Of a DNA stretch of 64,000 nt, positions 58,791 through 64,000 are shown piece after piece. The notes beneath the pieces are model-generated. The model had not been told where the DNA came from and made no database searches. It saw nothing but the letters and a program-made list of their open reading frames with translations. The stretch comes from an uncultured Rhodospirillaceae bacterium (GTDB lineage Bacteria > Pseudomonadota > Alphaproteobacteria > UBA7887), in NCBI GenBank assembly GCA_964408735.1, contig CAYPAX010000008.1, positions 2,025-66,024 on the forward strand. Reading direction: 5' to 3'. The position numbers and the translations under genes are program-made. Each line of letters starts with the position of its first letter. The stretch's first letter is position 1.

Positions 58791-59789
58791 TCAGCCGGCG
58801 CGAATGAATTTCTGGAAGGCGTGGCAGGTGAGCGGCGCGAAGTGGTCGATCGAGCCCGAGGCTTTGACCACCTCGCCGACATAGAAGTCGCCGCGGGAAT
58901 CCGCCCAGATGCCGTGCGGCACGATGAAGTTGCCCGGCAGCAGCGAATCGGCGCCGCCGAGCTGGGCCTGGATGTTGCCGTCGAGGTCGCAGATGGTTAC
59001 CCGCGCGATCGGCGCGTGCCCCATTGGCGGGTGGTTCATGAGGCAGAATTCGGGCCGGTGGGGGAAGGGGATGTTCCAGCCGAGCTCGGCGATATAGAGG
59101 TTTTCCTGCTCGTCGAGGAAAAGGTCGTCGGGGCGGTTCACCCAGTCCCAGCTGTGCAGATATTCGCCGTCCTTGGAGAAGAACTGGATGCGCGAATTCT
59201 CGCGGTCGGCGACCAGCACCCGGCCCGAGCGGTCGACGACGATGCCGTGGGGCAGGTTGAATTGGCCCGGTCCGTTGCCAGGGCCGCCCCAGGAGGCGAG
59301 CAGCTGGCCGTCGGCACTGAAGCGGTGCACCCGGGCATTGCCATAGCCGTCGGCTATGAACAGATCGCCATCCTCCGCCACGGCGACGTTGGTGACCATG
59401 TTGAAGGGGCCACCCGAATATTGCACCGGCGTCTGGCCGAGCACGAAGCCCGTGTCGGCGGGCTGGTCGGCCTCGCCGAGGGTCATCAGCAGGTCGCCCG
59501 AGGTGGTGAACTTGCGCACCGTGTGGTCGAAATTGTCGGCGCACCAGACGTGGTCGTTGCGGTCGATGAAGATGCCGTGGGCGGAGGAGAAGATACCTTC
59601 GCCCCAGGCGTCGAGGAACTTGCCCTCCTTGTCGAACACGATGACCGGGTGGGCGCCGCGGTTGAAGACATAGACCCGGTCGCGGGAATCGACGGCCACC
59701 CCGGCCACTTCGACGAACGACCAGCCTTCGGGCAGTTGCTCCCAGCCTTCCAGCACCTGATAGTCGAGATTGTATGCGTTGGTCGCCAT
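58791..59789 (-). CDS. NHL-repeat six-bladed beta-propeller protein
   Basis: Repeated motifs of NHL type (PHGIAVD..., LYVADxxNxRI, HRFSADGQ, GPGQFNLPHGIVVD). 332 aa. 2-nt gap to the downstream enolase-superfamily gene. Confidence 0.75.
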   Translation of the reverse strand: MATNAYNLDYQVLEGWEQLPEGWSFVEVAGVAVDSRDRVYVFNRGAHPVIVFDKEGKFLDAWGEGIFSSAHGIFIDRNDHVWCADNFDHTVRKFTTSGDLLMTLGEADQPADTGFVLGQTPVQYSGGPFNMVTNVAVAEDGDLFIADGYGNARVHRFSADGQLLASWGGPGNGPGQFNLPHGIVVDRSGRVLVADRENSRIQFFSKDGEYLHSWDWVNRPDDLFLDEQENLYIAELGWNIPFPHRPEFCLMNHPPMGHAPIARVTICDLDGNIQAQLGGADSLLPGNFIVPHGIWADSRGDFYVGEVVKASGSIDHFAPLTCHAFQKFIRAG

Positions 59790-59857
59790 GGCCCTCTCCC
59801 CGAATGCGTCGGCGACAGCCTAGCGCGTGGGCCGGCCGAATGCGATAGTCTGGCCCC

Positions 59858-60481
59858 ATGTATAGACCTGCCGCATTTGACATAACCGACCCGAAGGAAT
59901 TGCATCGCCTGATCGGCGAGATCGGCATGGGCGTGCTCGTCTCGCCCGACCTCGAGGCGACGCATCTGCCCTGGCTCTGTGAGCCCGAGCCGGCGCCGCT
60001 CGGCTGCCTGGTCGGGCATGTGGCGAAGGCGAACGCGCACTGGCAGGCGCTGCCGGCGGACAGGGAGGTACTGGTCGTCTTCCAGGGCGCCAACGCCTAT
60101 GTCTCGCCGAGCTGGTACCCGAGCAAGCGGAAGACGGCAAGGGTCGTGCCGACCTGGAACTACGTCGCCTTGCACGCCTACGGCAGGCCGGAGACCTTCG
60201 ACGACCCGGCCGCACTGCGCGACGTCGTCGCCCGCCTGACCGACGCGCAAGAGGCGCGCTTCGCCGAGCCCTGGTCCCTCGACGACGCGCCGGCCGATTT
60301 CACCGACGCCATGCTCGGCCATATCGTCGGCATCCGCCTGCGCCTCAGCCGCCTCGAGGGCAAGCGCAAGCTCAACCAGAACCGGCCGGAAGAAGACCGG
60401 GACGGGGTGGAAGCGGCGCTGTCAAACTCGGAGCGGCCGCAGGATCAGGCGCTCGCCCTTGCTATGCGGAAGGCCCTCTGA
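59858..60481 (+). CDS. PaiB-family FMN-binding negative transcriptional regulator
   Basis: 207 aa with conserved PaiB features (HLPWL..., VVFQGANAYVSPSWY, NYVALHAYG). Confidence 0.8.
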   Translation: MYRPAAFDITDPKELHRLIGEIGMGVLVSPDLEATHLPWLCEPEPAPLGCLVGHVAKANAHWQALPADREVLVVFQGANAYVSPSWYPSKRKTARVVPTWNYVALHAYGRPETFDDPAALRDVVARLTDAQEARFAEPWSLDDAPADFTDAMLGHIVGIRLRLSRLEGKRKLNQNRPEEDRDGVEAALSNSERPQDQALALAMRKAL

Positions 60482-60486
60482 CGGGA

Positions 60487-62739
60487 TCAGTTCCGCGAGA
60501 GATCGATATCGATTCCAGTTTCGCCGCTGCTCAGGCGTGTCGCGTAAAAGTGCAGCAGCGGGTCGGCAGGATCGCTTTCGGCTAGCGCCGCCATTCTCGC
60601 AGTAGCCGCCGGATCAGCTGCCTCGATCATCGCATAGGTTTCAAGATAGGCCGCCAGCGGATCGCCGCCGTTCGCCTGCGGTGGCAGGGGCTCGAAAGCC
60701 CTGACCCCGACGCTCTTGCCGCGCAGGTGCAGGGTGCCGACTGGGCGTCCCTGAAAGTTCTCGCAGCCCTGCGCGGTGGCCTCGCTCACCAGCATCCGCG
60801 TACCGAGCACCTTGTTTGCCGCCTCCAGCCGGGCGGCTGTATTGATGGGATCGCCGAGCGCGCGATAGTCGAGGCGCAGGCTGCCGCCGATATTACCGAC
60901 GATCACGGGCCCGGAGCTGACGCCGATGCGGGTCGTGCCAAGGGTAATGCCCTCTTCCGACTTGGCCGTGATAAAGGCTTGCGAGAAGCGATCCATGTCG
61001 AGCGCGCAGGCGACCGCCCGTTGGGCGTGATCGATCTGCTCCACGGGTGCCGAGAACATGACCGACATGGCATCGCCGACGATCTTCTCGACCGTGCCGC
61101 CGTGGCGGAAGGCGAGCTCGGTCATTTCGCCGAAATAGTCGTTGAGCAGGGCCACGACGCGTTCCGGCTCCTCGCCTTCGACCAGGCTGGTGAAGCCGGC
61201 GAGATCTGTCATGACGAAGGAGCATTCGCGGCGCTCGCCGCCGAGGCCGAGCGCACCCGGATCATCCATCAGATGATGGACGAGGTTGGGAGAGACATAG
61301 CTGGCGAACGCTTCGTGTATCCAGCTGCGCTCGCTCTCGGTCTGCAGATGCCTGGCGATGGAGCCGGCCACGAAGACGGCAGCGAGAGCCAGCGAGGCGT
61401 TGAGCGGGTCGAGCAGCAGCCGTTCGGAGACGAAGACGTAGGTCGCGGCGGCGCTGGCACCGGCGATGACCAACACGGCGACCAGCGCTGACCAGGCCGC
61501 ACCGAGGCTGAAGGCGAGCACGATCAGAACCGCGGCACTGGCGAGCAGGCCAAGCAGCTCCGCCGCCGCGGCCCAGTCCGGTCGCGACAAGTAGCTGCCG
61601 TCGGCGATCTGGTCGATGATCTGGGCATGGATCTCCACCCCCGGAACGACCTCGTCCAGTGCCGTGAAGCGAAGGTCGAGCAGGCCGGCGGCCGAGGGGC
61701 CGACAAAGACGATGCGACCGCGCACTGCCTCTGGCGGCATCGAGCCGTCGATAACCTGCCAGGCCGGTATGTAGCGGCTGCGGTCGAGCTTGGCGTAATG
61801 CAGCCAAGCCGCGCCTTGCGGGTCCGTCGTCACCGGCATGCCGCTGATCACGAGCTGGGTTATGCCGGTGGCGACGCCGAAGCGGCTTTCGCCGCTGGCG
61901 CCGGAGGCCCGGATCAGGATGGCGCCGCCGCCGAGCCCGACGCGTAGCGCCTCGGCGGCGAGGGTGGGATAGACGGTGTCGTCGAGACGCACCAGAAGCG
62001 GCACGCGGCGCACGATGCCGTCGCGCCCGGGCATGAAGTTGATGGCGCCATTGCCGACGGCGGCCGCTTCTATCACCGGCAGGTTGATCACGGCGCCGCG
62101 GAACGCCGGCAGGAACTGCTCGGGCGGGTCGCCGGCATTGGCCATGCCGCCGGGCTTGTGCGGTGGCGGTCCCGTGCCTGGCTCGGGCGTAAGAATATAC
62201 CCCGTCACCGCCGGTGCGGTGCGCAGTGCCTCCGCAAAGACGAGATCGTAGGCCGTGGTGCCGGCAGGCGGCGGCGGCTCGATATCGGCCGGCACGGAAG
62301 GCGAGGTGCGGTCCGCTTCCGCGAATACGACGTCGAAGGCGATGACCGCGGCGCCGGCGTCGCGCAGGCGCTCGACCAAAGTCGCCATGACCGTGCGCGG
62401 CCAGGGCCATTGGCTGAGGCGATCGAGGCTTGCCTCGTCGATGTCGATGATGCGCACGAACGGCTCCGGCGCCTCGCGCGGCAGCCAGCGCTGATAGGCG
62501 TCGAAGGCGATATTACGCAGCGCCACGACAGGTGCCGGCTCGAGAATGATGGTGAAGATGGCGCCGAGGAGCACCAGCGTTGGCGCCCAGATCGGGCCGC
62601 TGCGCAGCAGCCGCGATCCGCTGCGGCGCCCTCTATCGGACGGTGACCTCGACACGACGGTTGCGCGGCTCGCCGACGCCGTCGGCCGTGGGGATGATCG
62701 GCAGGCTCTCGCCGTGGAAGTCGGTCTCGATGACGGCAT
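60487..62739 (-). CDS. CHASE2 sensor domain adenylate/guanylate cyclase (second copy)
   Basis: CHASE2 region, transmembrane helices and cyclase domain (ECSFVMTDLAGFTSL...GDAMSVMFSAP...GDPINTAARLE). The N-terminal ~35 codons overlap the upstream OmpA-like gene and look non-native, so the true start is probably internal. Confidence 0.8.
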   Translation of the reverse strand: MPSSRPTSTARACRSSPRPTASASRATVVSRSPSDRGRRSGSRLLRSGPIWAPTLVLLGAIFTIILEPAPVVALRNIAFDAYQRWLPREAPEPFVRIIDIDEASLDRLSQWPWPRTVMATLVERLRDAGAAVIAFDVVFAEADRTSPSVPADIEPPPPAGTTAYDLVFAEALRTAPAVTGYILTPEPGTGPPPHKPGGMANAGDPPEQFLPAFRGAVINLPVIEAAAVGNGAINFMPGRDGIVRRVPLLVRLDDTVYPTLAAEALRVGLGGGAILIRASGASGESRFGVATGITQLVISGMPVTTDPQGAAWLHYAKLDRSRYIPAWQVIDGSMPPEAVRGRIVFVGPSAAGLLDLRFTALDEVVPGVEIHAQIIDQIADGSYLSRPDWAAAAELLGLLASAAVLIVLAFSLGAAWSALVAVLVIAGASAAATYVFVSERLLLDPLNASLALAAVFVAGSIARHLQTESERSWIHEAFASYVSPNLVHHLMDDPGALGLGGERRECSFVMTDLAGFTSLVEGEEPERVVALLNDYFGEMTELAFRHGGTVEKIVGDAMSVMFSAPVEQIDHAQRAVACALDMDRFSQAFITAKSEEGITLGTTRIGVSSGPVIVGNIGGSLRLDYRALGDPINTAARLEAANKVLGTRMLVSEATAQGCENFQGRPVGTLHLRGKSVGVRAFEPLPPQANGGDPLAAYLETYAMIEAADPAATARMAALAESDPADPLLHFYATRLSSGETGIDIDLSRN

Positions 62740-63658
62740 CCTCGGCGCCGCCTGAGATCAGGGCGTCGCGCACCGCCTTGGCGCGTGCGCTCGAGAGGCG
62801 GAAATTGTAGTCATCCGCGCCTTGGCGGTCGGTATGGCCGATCACCGAGACGTCGGTCACGTCGCGAGCGCGGATCATGGCCAGGGCGTGTGTCAAGACG
62901 GCCTCGGAGTCGGCGGTCAGCGTGGTCTGGTCGCTGGCGAAATAGAGCAGGAAAATCTCAGGCGCCTCGGGCTCGGCCGCGAGTGCCGGCGCGAACACCT
63001 CTTCGACGTCGTCCGTGGCGGGCACGAAAATGCGGTTGGCGAGGCCAACCAGCTCAAACGCCTCGCCCGGCTCGTCGAGGGTCAACCTGCGGCCACGATC
63101 GGTGCGAACCTCGATCGCGCTGGCCCGTCCGCCCGGTCCTTCGAGCAGCACCACGACGTTGTCGGGAATTGGTCCCGCCTGCGGCGGCGCCGGGTAGCGC
63201 AGCGCCTCGTCGACCTCGGCCATGGCAGCCTCGTAGCGCGAACGGCAGGCGGCGATGTCATCAGGCTGGCTGCCTTCCTCGATCTCTTGCATCCAGCAAT
63301 CGAACATGACTTGCGCCCGCGCTGCCTGGGCCGGGAGCACTTCCTTGGCGCCATGGTCGAAAGCCTGCAGCAGGCGACTGCGGGCCGCGAACATCGTGCC
63401 GAACTCTTCGTTCGACAGGTTGCGCGCCGACAGCGGCTCGGGCGGAACGGCCTGGCCCGCGGAAAGGGCCATTGCGCGCTCGGCGAAGAGGTCCGAATCA
63501 AGCGTGTCCTGCTCGGCGCGTTCGGTGGCGGCGAGATCGAGATAGCCCTGGTGCAAGGCGGCTTCGAAGGTGCCGCCGGGGGGCGGCGCCTGGCGTGCGG
63601 AGTCGAGCTGCATGCCGCAGGCAGACAGCAGTGCCACCGCCATAAGCCCAAAGCCCAA
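62633..63658 (-). CDS. OmpA-family lipoprotein (OmpA/MotB C-terminal peptidoglycan-binding domain)
   Basis: Lipobox LLSAC. C-terminal OmpA-like domain (VIGHTDRQGADDYNFRLSSARAKAV...NRRVEV). Confidence 0.75.
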   Translation of the reverse strand: MGFGLMAVALLSACGMQLDSARQAPPPGGTFEAALHQGYLDLAATERAEQDTLDSDLFAERAMALSAGQAVPPEPLSARNLSNEEFGTMFAARSRLLQAFDHGAKEVLPAQAARAQVMFDCWMQEIEEGSQPDDIAACRSRYEAAMAEVDEALRYPAPPQAGPIPDNVVVLLEGPGGRASAIEVRTDRGRRLTLDEPGEAFELVGLANRIFVPATDDVEEVFAPALAAEPEAPEIFLLYFASDQTTLTADSEAVLTHALAMIRARDVTDVSVIGHTDRQGADDYNFRLSSARAKAVRDALISGGAEDAVIETDFHGESLPIIPTADGVGEPRNRRVEVTVR

Positions 63659-63686
63659 AGCCCAGGCTCAGCCTGCGGCGCACCGT

Positions 63687-64000
63687 CTAGCCTCCGACGC
63701 GAACGAGGAAACGGGTGCCGCGCACGCCAATGGTGGCACTCGGGGTCTCGATCGCGACTTCGTCCGGTGCCACGGTGGCAATAACGCCCGAGGTGAAGAA
63801 CATCGTGCCGCGGCCGATCCGGGCGACGAAGGAGTAGTTCTCGTCGGCCGGGGCGTAGACGAAGGCGTCCATCGTCAGGCGCGTGTTGTTGCCGAGCGAG
63901 ACGCGCGTGTTGTCCTTGAAGGTAATACCCAGCGAGCCGTCGGCACCGGTGACCATGACATCGTTGAGGAAGACCTCGTCGCCCTCGCCGATGGGCAGGG
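63687..64000 (-). CDS. FecR-domain protein, C-terminal part (gene extends beyond window end)
   Basis: ...TRLTMDAFVYAPADENYSFVARIGRGTMFFTSGV...TIGVRGTRFLVRV resembles the FecR sensor domain. The open frame continues past nt 64000. Confidence 0.55.
   Translation of the reverse strand, partial: LPIGEGDEVFLNDVMVTGADGSLGITFKDNTRVSLGNNTRLTMDAFVYAPADENYSFVARIGRGTMFFTSGVIATVAPDEVAIETPSATIGVRGTRFLVRVGG

Noticed and set aside
57649-60093. 814-aa minus-strand ORF as a single giant protein
   Set aside because: The N-terminal 435 aa are Arg/Pro/Gly-rich nonsense. The region actually holds two separate genes: the NHL-repeat gene 58791..59789 in another frame and the enolase-superfamily gene 57649..58788.

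Overview
This is a high-GC (about 65-70%) bacterial chromosomal window. Gene content and codon style suggest an alphaproteobacterium, possibly of the Rhizobiales or Rhodospirillales type; that assignment is inference only.

The housekeeping backbone is clpB (probable sigma-32 promoter), fhs, pcm, tRNA-Gln(CUG), rlmE, guaB and an RsmB-like methyltransferase.

Several accessory patches sit on that backbone:
- Four class III adenylate/guanylate cyclase genes. Two are CHASE2-type with secreted or FecR/OmpA-like partners. One is zinc-ribbon plus cyclase plus STAND-ATPase plus TPR. One is a cyclase with a duplicated TolB-N-like/TPR module.
- An iol-like carbocycle/sugar operon (IolE/IolG/IolD-like plus an acyl-CoA synthetase).
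- A translationally coupled operon: two SDRs, a split B12-dependent acyl-CoA mutase (large subunit plus separate B12 subunit), an SCP2-like protein and an alpha/beta hydrolase.
- A REP-associated tyrosine transposase (RAYT) flanked by REP-like repeats.
- An NrtR-like Nudix regulator sharing a palindromic operator region with a divergent SPFH / atypical NAD-kinase-like operon.
- Directly downstream of the NrtR-like gene, a compact corrinoid methyltransferase module: ferredoxin-like protein, B12-binding corrinoid protein, two uroporphyrinogen-decarboxylase-family (MtaA-like) methyltransferases and a DUF1638 protein. This is the most unusual system in the window.
- A low-GC phage-remnant islet abutting the 3' end of tRNA-Gln, with GAGAACCA arm-type repeats.

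Two probable frameshifted genes and many ATGA start/stop overlaps are also noted. All calls rest on reading the supplied translations and sequence. No database search was run.
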